This document shows, in pieces, positions 22,846-32,122 of a DNA stretch of 43,626 nucleotides. How positions within the stretch are numbered: the first letter of the stretch is position 1; every line of letters begins with the position of its first letter. Under the pieces are notes generated by a model that had not been told where the DNA came from, did not search any database, and saw only the letters and a program-made list of their open reading frames with translations. The translations under genes were made by a program, and so were the position numbers. Location: positions 1 through 43,626 of IMG/VR virus record IMGVR_UViG_3300037430_000005; one strand, written 5' to 3'. This stretch comes from a virus.

Positions 22846-23037
22846 TCATCCCGACCGTCCGACCCGCAGCGGCAACGGAATACCGAGGATCGAACAGAGC
22901 GCAACGACGACGACGATCACGAGCACGACGTAGAGGATCGTGGCCACGAAGGGCGGGAGTTGCGGCGCGAACTGTTGCAGCACCCACCAGACCAACGCGA
23001 CGAGAATGAGCAACCCCAAGAGCGCCATCAGATCCAT
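22846..23037 (-). CDS. Small two-TM membrane protein (holin-like)
   Basis: 63 aa with two hydrophobic helices. Confidence 0.5.
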   Translation of the reverse strand: MDLMALLGLLILVALVWWVLQQFAPQLPPFVATILYVVLVIVVVVALCSILGIPLPLRVGRSG

Positions 23038-23038
23038 G

Positions 23039-23692
23039 TCAGCTCCCTCCTATGCGCGCGAGAATGAACGTGGCCACCGCCATCACGACGATGATGATCG
23101 AGATGCCAATCGCGATATACGCCCGCGTGTCGTCTTTGGTGCGCCGATGGCCCTGCTGTTCCCCGGAGGCCAGATTCAGCCGCGCGTCCAGCCCGTCGAG
23201 CCGTTTACTGTTCGCGTCGATCTTCTCCGTCATCGATCCGAAGCGCGTATCGGCTTCCGAGCGCGTGATCAACGACGCCACCATCGTGTTCAACATCTGC
23301 CGCAGTTCGTTCAACGCTTCAAAGCGTTTATCCGCCGCCAGCTCCGCCTTGCTCACCGCCCGATCCGCCGCCGCCAGGGCGGCTTGCACGGCTTCCTGCG
23401 CCGTTTTGAGCGCCGTTTGCATGGCGGTTTGCTGGCTGAGAAACGCCGCGCTCAGCGCATCGCTCTGCGCTTCGAACCGTTGCTGATACCGCAGGTCGCT
23501 CGCCTGACTCGCCGCCTCCGCTGCCGCTTTCGCCGCGAGCACCGCCGCTTTCGCCGCTTCACTCGAGGACAGGAGCGCAATATCCTGAGCGTTGAGCTTG
23601 TCCTTCAAGCTCTCCGTCAACAGGTTGAACCGCGTCTCGATGTAGGTGGACAACGAGGGGCCCGGCTCCGGACAGTCGGCGCGGGCTGTCAT
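23039..23692 (-). CDS. Coiled-coil protein with a C-terminal membrane anchor
   Basis: 217 aa, A/Q/E-rich heptad-like. C-terminal AYIAIGISIIIVVMAVATFILARI. Confidence 0.5.
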   Translation of the reverse strand: MTARADCPEPGPSLSTYIETRFNLLTESLKDKLNAQDIALLSSSEAAKAAVLAAKAAAEAASQASDLRYQQRFEAQSDALSAAFLSQQTAMQTALKTAQEAVQAALAAADRAVSKAELAADKRFEALNELRQMLNTMVASLITRSEADTRFGSMTEKIDANSKRLDGLDARLNLASGEQQGHRRTKDDTRAYIAIGISIIIVVMAVATFILARIGGS

Positions 23693-23988
23693 TAGTCGCT
23701 CACGACCGGGGGATCCGGGGGACCAATCTTCGGCACCTCCACGGGCGTGCTCGAGCCCGGGACACTCAACACCACGGGCCGCACCGTCAACTTCCGCAGC
23801 ACCATGTTCACGAGGCCGACGCCGATCAGAACTTTCGGGAGCCAGGCGAGCGGGATGAGGGCGACGATTTCAGGCTCGGCGGAGAGGCCGATCACGGCGG
23901 TGATCACGGCGACCCAGAAGGTGCGGGAGCTGAAGAGGCTGATGGCCCAGTACTCGACCGTCGGCGGGGGACGGGGATCCGCGATCAT
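23692..23988 (-). CDS. Membrane protein (holin-like)
   Basis: ATG 23988 overlaps the upstream TGA as ATGA. 98 aa with 2-3 hydrophobic segments. Confidence 0.5.
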   Translation of the reverse strand: MIADPRPPPTVEYWAISLFSSRTFWVAVITAVIGLSAEPEIVALIPLAWLPKVLIGVGLVNMVLRKLTVRPVVLSVPGSSTPVEVPKIGPPDPPVVSD

Positions 23989-24206
23989 GGCGTGGCCTCC
24001 GCTTTCTTGACGTAGTCCCCGGCGGCCGTCAGATCGTAGCCGTCGCGGCTCAATTCTTTGACCAAGGCATCGAGGCGGAGCTGCGCGTTGTCGCGCGTGA
24101 GAATGGCGATCGTGAGTTGCGCTTTCTGCGCGTCCGTCAACGTCGGCGCGGGCGCGTCGGCGTGGGCCGACAGACTCAGCAAGAGGACCGCGACGAGGAT
24201 CCGCAT
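23985..24206 (-). CDS. Small secreted protein
   Basis: MRILVAVLLLSLSAHADAP signal-like N-terminus. Confidence 0.5.
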   Translation of the reverse strand: MRILVAVLLLSLSAHADAPAPTLTDAQKAQLTIAILTRDNAQLRLDALVKELSRDGYDLTAAGDYVKKAEATP

Positions 24207-24553
24207 CAGGGCACCGACCCCGCGACGGTGCCCACGATCCGCCCATCGGCGATCAGGCGATCGAAGATCCGCTGATTGAGGCTCCGCGTGCTGAGATTCA
24301 CTTTATTCAACTGAATCAGGAGCGTCGTCGCCGTGGCGCCTTCGTAGACTTGATCGGTGTACGCGCCGTCTTCGCCTTTCAGCGTGATCACGATCTGCGG
24401 CGTGGGCTCCCATTTCAAGAGGAGCGCACTGACGCTGTACCCGGTGACTTGCGCGGGTTGGGGCTTTGGGGTCGTGAGGGCGAGCCGTTCCTGAGCCGCG
24501 AGCCCAAGGACGAACGTGGCGGCGACGGCGAGCATGATGAATGTCTGTTTCAT
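24206..24553 (-). CDS. Small secreted protein
   Basis: ATG 24553. MKQTFIMLAVAATFVLGLAAQE signal-like N-terminus. 115 aa. Confidence 0.5.
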   Translation of the reverse strand: MKQTFIMLAVAATFVLGLAAQERLALTTPKPQPAQVTGYSVSALLLKWEPTPQIVITLKGEDGAYTDQVYEGATATTLLIQLNKVNLSTRSLNQRIFDRLIADGRIVGTVAGSVP

Positions 24554-24558
24554 GGTGG

Positions 24559-25740
24559 TTAGAAGCCGCGACAGATGACATGGATTTTCGACCCGTCGAA
24601 GATGTCGAGCGCCCCGGTGAGCGTGACCTGTGTGGTGGTGGTCGTCACCTCGTAGACTTGCGTATTCACGCCGCCCGTATTGCCATTCGACGCCACGCAG
24701 GCGGGCGCATTCGCAAAGGTGGCGTTGAAATTCACCACGCCGGTCGTCGTCACGCCCGTCCCGACGGTCACCGTAAAAAAGGAGGCTTTCCCGGCAATAC
24801 TCGGCGAGGCCCCGAAGCCGCTGGCGATCGTCGGCGTGGCCACGGCATCGGTGAGGTTGGTGCCGCCGAGCGAGAGGCCCGTGGTGGTCAGCGTCATCTT
24901 CTGCGCCCCGCTCAGATCCCATGTGTGCGACAAGGCATCAGTAATGATCCCCAGATACGCGCCCCCCGTGCGATTGAAGGCGGTAATTTGGGGGGCCGAT
25001 CCCCCGATCAGTTCCATGCCGGAGCCCGTCGCGGGATTGCCGGTCCCCTGCACCGCCAGATAGTTCGTCAGCGTCAGGGTTGCGGGGACCGCCGTGGCCG
25101 CCAACGTCAGGCGCCCTTGCTGATCCACCGTGAACGTCGGCCAGGCACTCGTACTCCCATACGCGCCCGGGGTCACGGCCGTGTTGTTCAACGTGATCGT
25201 CGTGGCCGCCGCGTTGCCCGTCGTGACCGAGGACGTAATCCCGGTGCCCGAGGCGACCGTCGCCACGTAGTTGCCCGTGCTGACCGCGGAGGTCGGAATC
25301 CCGGTGAGGCCCGCACCCGATCCGGTATGCGCGCCGCTCAGCGTCGTGGCCGCCAGCGTGCCCGCCATCGTCACGGTCGTGCCCACTTGCGTGAGCAAGC
25401 TGTTGCCCATCGCCGCGACCCCGGTAAACATGCCGATCGTATTCGTGGTGCCCGCAATGGTCGAGCCCGTGGCCAAAGTGACCCCGTTGAACTGCAGCGC
25501 CCCGGCGATGTTGTAGAGCTTGTTCGTGGTGATCGTCGGCGCCGCATAGGGGTCAATCGTGATCGTCGCGAGCCGCGCCCCGCTATTCGCCGCGGGCGTC
25601 CCCGTCGCCAAGGGACAGCCGATACACACCCCGGTCGCGGTCGCATCGGTGGCGGTAATCGTGGTAAACGCGCCCGGTCGCGGTTGCGCCGACGCACTCG
25701 CCGCGATCAGCACGCCCCCGAGCGCCAGTATCCATTTCAT
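24559..25740 (-). CDS. T/G/A-rich fibre-like protein with a signal-peptide-like N-terminus and a C-terminal Phe
   Basis: MKWILALGGVLIAASASAQP. Fibre-type motif GLTGIPTSAVSTGNY. Ends ...HVICRGF. Confidence 0.4.
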   Translation of the reverse strand: MKWILALGGVLIAASASAQPRPGAFTTITATDATATGVCIGCPLATGTPAANSGARLATITIDPYAAPTITTNKLYNIAGALQFNGVTLATGSTIAGTTNTIGMFTGVAAMGNSLLTQVGTTVTMAGTLAATTLSGAHTGSGAGLTGIPTSAVSTGNYVATVASGTGITSSVTTGNAAATTITLNNTAVTPGAYGSTSAWPTFTVDQQGRLTLAATAVPATLTLTNYLAVQGTGNPATGSGMELIGGSAPQITAFNRTGGAYLGIITDALSHTWDLSGAQKMTLTTTGLSLGGTNLTDAVATPTIASGFGASPSIAGKASFFTVTVGTGVTTTGVVNFNATFANAPACVASNGNTGGVNTQVYEVTTTTTQVTLTGALDIFDGSKIHVICRGF

Positions 25741-25743
25741 GCG

Positions 25744-26427
25744 TCAGCCTGTCTTAATGATCGAGATGCCCCAGGCAAAGCCGGAGCCCGCCGTAATTTT
25801 CGTTTTGATCGCGTAGGTATGCGCCGATCCCCCCGCGGCAAACGTGATCGCGCTGCTCTGCCCACTCGCCCCCGTCGCACTCGTCCCTGTCACCGTCGCA
25901 ATCGGCGTATCCGGCAACCCGGCCAGCAGATCCACAAGCGCCACGCTCACCGTCCCGCCGCCCGTGCTCAGGATCATCGCCTGGAGGACGTACGTCCCAC
26001 TCGCAATAGTCGCCGCATCGATGACGTACAACCCCGTCCCGGCGTGCGTTTTGTCCACCGTGGCCCCACTCGGATAGGCCGCGAGGGTAATCGGGGAGGT
26101 CGAATCCCCGCCCAGGTAGATCACTTCGTAGACGCCCGAGGCGTTGAGGCCCACCGCACTCACCGGATCGACGGTCCAGATCAAGGTATTCGTGGCGTCG
26201 TACAGGATCCATTTCTGCGCCAGGGCCGGCATGTAGATCGTGAGCCAGCCGCCCGAATCGAGCACCGCCGGGAAGGGATGCGCCGCTTGTAAGAGGGCAT
26301 CGGTATAGATCGGGCTCGGGGTCGCGGTCCCACTCGCGTACGTATAGAGCTTCCCCAAGGCCAAGGGATCACCGTTGGCGTCGAAGAACTGTTGGCGGGC
26401 GACGGGGGCCAGTGTCCCGGTGGGCAT
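25744..26427 (-). CDS. Tail fibre or spike protein (N-terminal attachment-type motif)
   Basis: QQFFDANGDPLALGKLYTYASGTATPSPIYTD resembles conserved fibre N-termini. Follows the ejection-protein genes. Confidence 0.45.
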   Translation of the reverse strand: MPTGTLAPVARQQFFDANGDPLALGKLYTYASGTATPSPIYTDALLQAAHPFPAVLDSGGWLTIYMPALAQKWILYDATNTLIWTVDPVSAVGLNASGVYEVIYLGGDSTSPITLAAYPSGATVDKTHAGTGLYVIDAATIASGTYVLQAMILSTGGGTVSVALVDLLAGLPDTPIATVTGTSATGASGQSSAITFAAGGSAHTYAIKTKITAGSGFAWGISIIKTG

Positions 26428-26552
26428 GTGCTAGACTCCTGATCCCGGCATGGAGTTCCTTCTGGGCGGCGTCGCGGCGGTCCTGGCCGTCTTCGCGTAC
26501 TGGACGCTCATCGCCCTGTGGGAGTGGTACGACCATCGCGGGGCGCGGCATG

Positions 26553-27836
26553 TCATGGCGTCGCCTCATCGGCGGCGCCCGCCAGATACGACGCGACCGC
26601 CGCCGCCAGCTTCGGCGCCCCCTTCAAAATCTGCTGCACGCCGGGTTTCCTGAGCGCCAAGGCCAGATTGGACATCCCCGCCGGGGAGGTCATCATCCCG
26701 CCGACGACGGCCCCGCCCAGCGCCCCCTTCGTCCCGCCCTGCTGCGCGCCGGCCGCGCCCCCGAGCAACGCCCCCGCGCCGGGTCGGACCATCGCCGTGT
26801 AGAGGTTGGACCCTGCGCGCGTGCCCTTGTTGATGCCTTGCACCGCGCCGATCATTTCTTGGGCGGCAGCATTCCCCGACCGATAGCCCGTGTGGCCCGC
26901 GGCCGTCGTGAGATCCCCGATCTGCTGATTGAGACTCGCGGCCATGTCCGCCTTGGCTTGGGCTTGCACGGCCACGTTGGGCCGCCCCAGGCCCATCTTC
27001 TCGGCCGTGTAGAGGGCTTTTGATTCCCGCTGTAAACTCGCCTTGAGCGCGTCGGCTTCGTGGGCGGTGAGGGCGCCGGCGCGGCCCGTGGTCATCTTGC
27101 GTTCCAAGCTCGCGAGCGTCGCGAGCCCGCCTTCAATGTCGCCGCCGTTCAGCACCTTGGGGAGCGTCTTGGCGAGCCCATCCGTCGCGGCGGTGATCGG
27201 GACGGTGACGCCTGCCGCATGCGCGGCATCGAGCGCCGCGTTCGCTTCGGCTTTCCCGACCCGCAAGAGGGCCCGCGCTTTGGCCAGTCCGCCCTTGCTC
27301 ACCGTCAACGAATGTTCGATCATCGTCTCGGAGAGATTCGGAAATTCCCGCGAGAGTTTATCTGTCAGATTCAGGGCGCGGTTCATCAGCCACGGGGCGG
27401 CTTTGCTCGCCACCTTCCCGATCCCCGCCCCGACCGCTTGCCCGGCGCCTTGAATGGCCCCTTGCACGCCGATGTCCGTCGCCGCGTCGGCCGCACTCGC
27501 TGGCGCCGCCGCCCCGCGGGCCCGGTTGATCAGTTGCTTCGCGGCTTCCCCAGCCCCGCCGCCGAGCGTCGCCCCGCCAATGCCGCCGGGCACACCCCCG
27601 ACGCCCATCCCGGCCACCGCGCCCCCAATGCCGCCGACGATGCCCCCGGCAATCCCGCCGAGGGCCGGTAAGGCATCCACCGCCGTATCGGTCCACGAAC
27701 GCCCGGGCGGCGCTGCCGGGGCCGCCTGGGGCTGTGGCGCCGTCGTCTTGTGCTGCTGGATCACGAGTGCGATGTTGTCTTCCGGTTCGCCGGCCGCGAC
27801 CATGCGCTCGACGATGGCTTGTAAGGGATCGGGCAT
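26553..27836 (-). CDS. Ejection or internal virion protein (Gly-rich membrane-type segments)
   Basis: 427 aa. GGIAGGIVGGIGGAVAGMGVGGVPGGIGGATLGGGAG. Position equivalent to the P22 gp7/20/16 block. Confidence 0.4.
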   Translation of the reverse strand: MPDPLQAIVERMVAAGEPEDNIALVIQQHKTTAPQPQAAPAAPPGRSWTDTAVDALPALGGIAGGIVGGIGGAVAGMGVGGVPGGIGGATLGGGAGEAAKQLINRARGAAAPASAADAATDIGVQGAIQGAGQAVGAGIGKVASKAAPWLMNRALNLTDKLSREFPNLSETMIEHSLTVSKGGLAKARALLRVGKAEANAALDAAHAAGVTVPITAATDGLAKTLPKVLNGGDIEGGLATLASLERKMTTGRAGALTAHEADALKASLQRESKALYTAEKMGLGRPNVAVQAQAKADMAASLNQQIGDLTTAAGHTGYRSGNAAAQEMIGAVQGINKGTRAGSNLYTAMVRPGAGALLGGAAGAQQGGTKGALGGAVVGGMMTSPAGMSNLALALRKPGVQQILKGAPKLAAAVASYLAGAADEATP

Positions 27837-29179
27837 CAGCCGCCCCCGTATTTCTTCAACAGCTCCGCCGCCTTCGCCGCCGCGTCCGGTTTCGCCTCAT
27901 CGGTACGCTTGGTGAATTTCGACGTGTCATAGTTCGCATCGGCCAGGGCTTCCAGCTTGCGCGTGTTCCGTTGGCCGATCGCCTTCTCGAGCCCGTTCAG
28001 CTTGGACACGACGGTGCTATCTGGATCCTTGATCGTCGGCAAAATCTTTTCGTACTTCGCTTCGTCCTCTTTGCGGAGCACGCCGCCTTCCAACGCTTTC
28101 CCGATCACTTGTTTCACGCGGTCGATCGTCGCTTGCCGGTTTTTCGCGGCACTCGGCAGGTACGGCACCGCCGCCGTCATCTGGGCCGTGAATCCCGTGG
28201 ACCCTTTCGTGGTGGTCAACTCTTTGCGCAAGATTTGCAGCTCATCGAGGGCCGTCTGATAGTTCGCCAGATCGCCCGCATCGCCGGAGGTCACCGAGCG
28301 GCCCTGTTCGCGCGTGCTCGCCGGCAGATCCCCGGGGCGGTACTCGCCTTCGCTGATGCGCGTGGCTTTGCCGTCGCGCATGACCCACAGCTTCCCGCCC
28401 TCGCCCGCCGGGGCGCGGCCTGCGGCGTTGATCTGCCCTTTCATGTTCAACAGGCGCTTGGTTTCGGGCCCATCCTTCGCGGCAATCGCCGCCGCGAGTT
28501 GCGCATCGAGGTCCGGCGCTTTCGGTTCCACGACGGGCTTCGCGGGGCCACTCGCCAGCACGGTCCCTGATGCATCGAAGCGTTGTTGTCCTTCCCCGAG
28601 CGTGAACCCTTCTTTCGTCGGCGCTTTCGGCCGCATCCCGTCCACGATGGCCTTGAGGGCGGGCGTCCCGCCTTCGAGCAGGGATTGGCGAATCTGATCC
28701 GCCTGCGGCTTGAAGTCCGGTTCTTCGGCTTCGATCATCTTGAGCGTCGCTTCCGCCACGACCGGGGAATAGTTGCTCTGCGCGATGTCCTCGAGATGCC
28801 CGCCAATCCAGGCTTTCGTACTCGCCTGCAGTTGTTGCTTCAACTGTTTGGTCTGCAGAATGTTCTGTTGATGCGCTTCGTACCGCCCGCGCGCCGCTTC
28901 AAACTTCCCCGGCGCCTTGACGCGGATTTCTTCCAACAGCGATTCCGGCGTGAGATCGGGATTCCCGATCACGGCTTTGTACTGCTCGAGCTCGTCCGCC
29001 TCGACCTGACCCGCCTGCAACTGTTGCGCGTTCTGTTGAAACGCCTGGCCCCGCAAGGCGCTCTGTTCCTGTTGCGCTTGTTGCTGTGCGCGACGATCCT
29101 GCACATCCGCCAACTGCTTGAACGGATCGTTGAAGGGCACCGCCTGCCCACTCATCGGAATGCGGGGATCGAGGGGCAT
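27836..29179 (-). CDS. Ejection or internal virion protein
   Basis: 447 aa with a Q-rich coiled N-terminus. Called by position. Confidence 0.4.
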   Translation of the reverse strand: MPLDPRIPMSGQAVPFNDPFKQLADVQDRRAQQQAQQEQSALRGQAFQQNAQQLQAGQVEADELEQYKAVIGNPDLTPESLLEEIRVKAPGKFEAARGRYEAHQQNILQTKQLKQQLQASTKAWIGGHLEDIAQSNYSPVVAEATLKMIEAEEPDFKPQADQIRQSLLEGGTPALKAIVDGMRPKAPTKEGFTLGEGQQRFDASGTVLASGPAKPVVEPKAPDLDAQLAAAIAAKDGPETKRLLNMKGQINAAGRAPAGEGGKLWVMRDGKATRISEGEYRPGDLPASTREQGRSVTSGDAGDLANYQTALDELQILRKELTTTKGSTGFTAQMTAAVPYLPSAAKNRQATIDRVKQVIGKALEGGVLRKEDEAKYEKILPTIKDPDSTVVSKLNGLEKAIGQRNTRKLEALADANYDTSKFTKRTDEAKPDAAAKAAELLKKYGGG

Positions 29180-29181
29180 GA

Positions 29182-31023
29182 CTAGGCCAGCACTCCATAG
29201 CCCGGCTGCCCGGGGTTATACGGCCGCGTCGCGAGATAGCCGCCGCCGGTCTGCGGGGTCTGATTCGCCACGTAGTTCCCAGCAAGATTCCCGAGCTGCC
29301 CGAGGCTCTGGCCCCACGCGTCACTGCTGCCGATCTGCCCCGCGGCATTCGCGTTGCCGATCCCTTGCTGAATGTCGCCTTGTTGCTGTCCGTAGCCTTG
29401 CGCGTTCGGGGCGCCCGGTTGCCCGAGATTCGCCAGCTGATAATTCTGGCCCCACGCGTTTTGATTGAGCGCCAAGCCTTGATTGAACTGCTGCCCGGAC
29501 GTCTGGAGCCCGAGCTGCCCTTGCTGATAGGCGTTTTGTGAATCCTGGCTCCGGTTCCCGAGCGCGAGATTCCCGAGGCCGAGCTGATATTGATTGCCCG
29601 CCGAGTAATACCCCAGGCCCAGATTGCCTTGCGCTTGGTAGTTCGCCAGGTTCTGTTGGTTGTTCAACTGATTCGCGTTGTAGTCCTGCGTGTACTGTTG
29701 CTGTTGCGCGCCTTGATTCAACCCGTAGGTCGTCGCCGCTTGGCCGTACTGCTGCGCTTGATTCGCCTGGTTCGCTTGATACGCCCCTAAGCCCTGTTGG
29801 TAGTTCTGCTGTTGCGCCGCCGCCGCTTGCGCCGCATTCATCCCGTAGGTATTCGCGGCTTGCCCGTACTGTGCGGCTTGCGCTTGCGCTTGGGCGGCAT
29901 TATTCGCCTGCCCATACGCCAGCGTGTTCTGGTTGTTCGCCTGCCCGTATTGCAACCCGGTCTGGGCGTTCGCTTGCTGCGTCGCGAGGTTCCCTTGGTT
30001 GTTCGCCTGATTCGTCTGGAAGCCTTCTTGGTAATTCTTCTGCGATTCGCCCAAGCGCCGACCATACACGTTCTGATATTCCTGGCTCGCGGATTCCTGG
30101 CCGTAGTCCGACAAGCCCTTTAAGGTGTTGCCCGAGTGCAGCACGCCCTTCCCCGCGGCGGAGTTCTGAATGGCGTCCAGCCCTTGCTTCAGGCGGAACT
30201 GATAGCCGGGATCCTGCGCCGCTTCTTCCGCCGTGGGGGCTTGGAAGCCCGGTGGCAGGTTGAAATTGTTGTACTGCGCGCCCTCCGGCGTCTGCAGGTG
30301 TTGCTGCTGCATCGTCTGCGGCGTGGGCACACTCGAGCCGGGATTGAAATCCGCCCCGGGTTGATACGGCGCCGGCCCTTGAAACGCCGCCCCAGGCGTG
30401 GAGGGGGCTTGGAACGCGCCTTGCGGATTTTGCGCGGGCGTGAAGGGCGTCACGGTCGGCGCGGGACCGGCTTGCCCGCCGCCATACGCCCCGCCCGCTT
30501 GAAACCCGCCCCCGGTCTGCGGTGTCCCGCCCTGGCCCAAGCTACTCAACGGCTGTCCGCTGCCGGCATAGCCGAAACGAGAAGTCCCGGCCGCGCCCGC
30601 CGCATCCGACGCTTTGGCATTGGCGGCGGCATAGTTCCCTTTGATGCCGTCCTTCGCCATGCCGCTATTCACGCCCAACGAGTTCACGCCCGCGACGCCG
30701 TTCTTATCCCAGGCCGGTCCACTGATCGCCGTCCACTGCACCGCGCCGTTGGCGTTGCGGACGTCGTAGGTACTCCCGCCCGGCCCCGTGATCTTGTCGG
30801 CGCCCGCTTGCGTCCAGCCCTCGAAGCCGGGTTGCTTCAGCAAGCCTTCGACGTCGCCCGGATGCTGCTGCAGATACCGCCCGCCTTGATACTTGTTCGT
30901 GGTCCCGAGACTCGGATCGGCCACCTTGCTCTGGACGAAGCCCTGCATGGTGCTGTTGGCGGCCGTGCCTTGATACGGCGCGAACTGCGGCGCACTCACG
31001 CCGTTGTCGTCGAACCAACTCAC
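29182..31023 (-). CDS. Q/N/G/A-rich ejection-module protein with degenerate YGQANN-type repeats
   Basis: 613 aa. The central motif DPGYQFRLKQGLDAIQNSAAGKGVLHSGNTLKGLSDYGQESASQEYQNVYGRR is flanked by low-complexity Q/N/G tracts. Confidence 0.45.
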   Translation of the reverse strand: MSWFDDNGVSAPQFAPYQGTAANSTMQGFVQSKVADPSLGTTNKYQGGRYLQQHPGDVEGLLKQPGFEGWTQAGADKITGPGGSTYDVRNANGAVQWTAISGPAWDKNGVAGVNSLGVNSGMAKDGIKGNYAAANAKASDAAGAAGTSRFGYAGSGQPLSSLGQGGTPQTGGGFQAGGAYGGGQAGPAPTVTPFTPAQNPQGAFQAPSTPGAAFQGPAPYQPGADFNPGSSVPTPQTMQQQHLQTPEGAQYNNFNLPPGFQAPTAEEAAQDPGYQFRLKQGLDAIQNSAAGKGVLHSGNTLKGLSDYGQESASQEYQNVYGRRLGESQKNYQEGFQTNQANNQGNLATQQANAQTGLQYGQANNQNTLAYGQANNAAQAQAQAAQYGQAANTYGMNAAQAAAAQQQNYQQGLGAYQANQANQAQQYGQAATTYGLNQGAQQQQYTQDYNANQLNNQQNLANYQAQGNLGLGYYSAGNQYQLGLGNLALGNRSQDSQNAYQQGQLGLQTSGQQFNQGLALNQNAWGQNYQLANLGQPGAPNAQGYGQQQGDIQQGIGNANAAGQIGSSDAWGQSLGQLGNLAGNYVANQTPQTGGGYLATRPYNPGQPGYGVLA

Positions 31024-31577
31024 GGCACCACCGTGGCGCCTTTCTGGACCGCGCGATCAGCCATGTCTTGCGGCAACATCGCGATTTCCCCCGTCGGCGC
31101 TTTGACTTTGACAAGGGCGGGCGCGGCCATCGGCGGGGCCTGACCCGGCAGCGGGGGGGCGCCCATCATCTGCTGCGCGGCGCCTTGGCCCTGCTGCGCC
31201 TGAGCGCCGATGCGCCCGAAGATCCCGCCCGGCGGTTGACCTGGCGGTTGGCTGAGGCCCGAGAGCGTGCCGCCGCCGGGCGGTGGACCTTGCGGATCGC
31301 CCATCGGGGGCGGGGGCGCACTCATCGGGACTTGGCCGTGCCCGCTGTACTGCCCCGCCATCTGGCGCAGATTCCCCACCGCCCCCGCGCCGGCCTGTTG
31401 ATAGGGGCTGAAGTCTTTCCGCTGTTGTTCGTAGCCCGCTTGCTGCGACGCCATCGCCGCGCGCCCCGCGGCGTCCTGCGTCTTGGCGGCAGACTTCGCC
31501 GCTTTGGCTTTGGAGGCGGCCCCGGCCACGGAGCTGGCCACGGAGATCCCGATCATCGTGCCCGTGACGCCACTCAT
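31020..31577 (-). CDS. Gly/Pro/Gln-rich virion-module protein
   Basis: ATG 31577 overlaps the upstream TGA as ATGA. 185 aa. Confidence 0.45.
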   Translation of the reverse strand: MSGVTGTMIGISVASSVAGAASKAKAAKSAAKTQDAAGRAAMASQQAGYEQQRKDFSPYQQAGAGAVGNLRQMAGQYSGHGQVPMSAPPPPMGDPQGPPPGGGTLSGLSQPPGQPPGGIFGRIGAQAQQGQGAAQQMMGAPPLPGQAPPMAAPALVKVKAPTGEIAMLPQDMADRAVQKGATVVP

Positions 31578-32122
31578 GTGATCGCTCCCTCGCAAAACAC
31601 AATCTGTAAGAGCCGCGCCGAGTCGGCATCCGTGCCGTAGTTCTCGCGAATCGCCCGGCTGTGAAAGCACGCCGCCGGAAACACGACCAGCCGGTTGAAT
31701 TTGGCTTCGATGAGCGCCACACGCTCCCACGCGTCCGGCGTGAACCAATCCGCCGCTTCCCGGTTGTCCCGCGTCCGTGTGGCCCCACTCGGTACATGCT
31801 TCAAAAAGTGCGTCCCATCGCCCGCCGGCGGATCGGGTTGCAGATAGAGGAGCGCGGTGACCGTGCCCATACTCGTATCCGTGTGGACGGTGTGCGGTTC
31901 CTCCTGCCCTTCAGGACTCAACCGAAAGAAGCTGAGCGTCGGCCGGAGCGTGGGATACGTCGCCACGAGCTGCATCGGCACGGTGGGATCCGCACACGGC
32001 GCCATCCCATGAAACACCACGGGGCCGTCATGCACATCGCGAAACCGCTGCGCGAGCGCCCGCGCCCGGTACGTCACCGGGTCGGCCAGGAAGTCGTCAT
32101 GCACCGCGATCAAATCGCCCAC
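31574..32122 (-). CDS. Cupin or 2OG-Fe(II)-oxygenase-like protein
   Basis: 182 aa. Possible HxD...H triad from PHTVHTDTS and NRLVVFPAACFHSR. Confidence 0.35.
   Translation of the reverse strand: MGDLIAVHDDFLADPVTYRARALAQRFRDVHDGPVVFHGMAPCADPTVPMQLVATYPTLRPTLSFFRLSPEGQEEPHTVHTDTSMGTVTALLYLQPDPPAGDGTHFLKHVPSGATRTRDNREAADWFTPDAWERVALIEAKFNRLVVFPAACFHSRAIRENYGTDADSARLLQIVFCEGAIT

Noticed and set aside
22490-22849. Alternative 119-aa frame starting with an ATGA overlap at 22849
   Set aside because: Its third-position GC is clearly lower than that of the 22522..22845 frame. It is kept only as an alternative because the ATGA coupling is attractive.
24541-26292. 583-aa plus-strand ORF, extremely Arg/Gly-rich
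   Set aside because: It lies antisense to the two fibre genes. The composition (RRGR runs) is what the reverse frame of T/A/G-rich GC3-biased genes produces.
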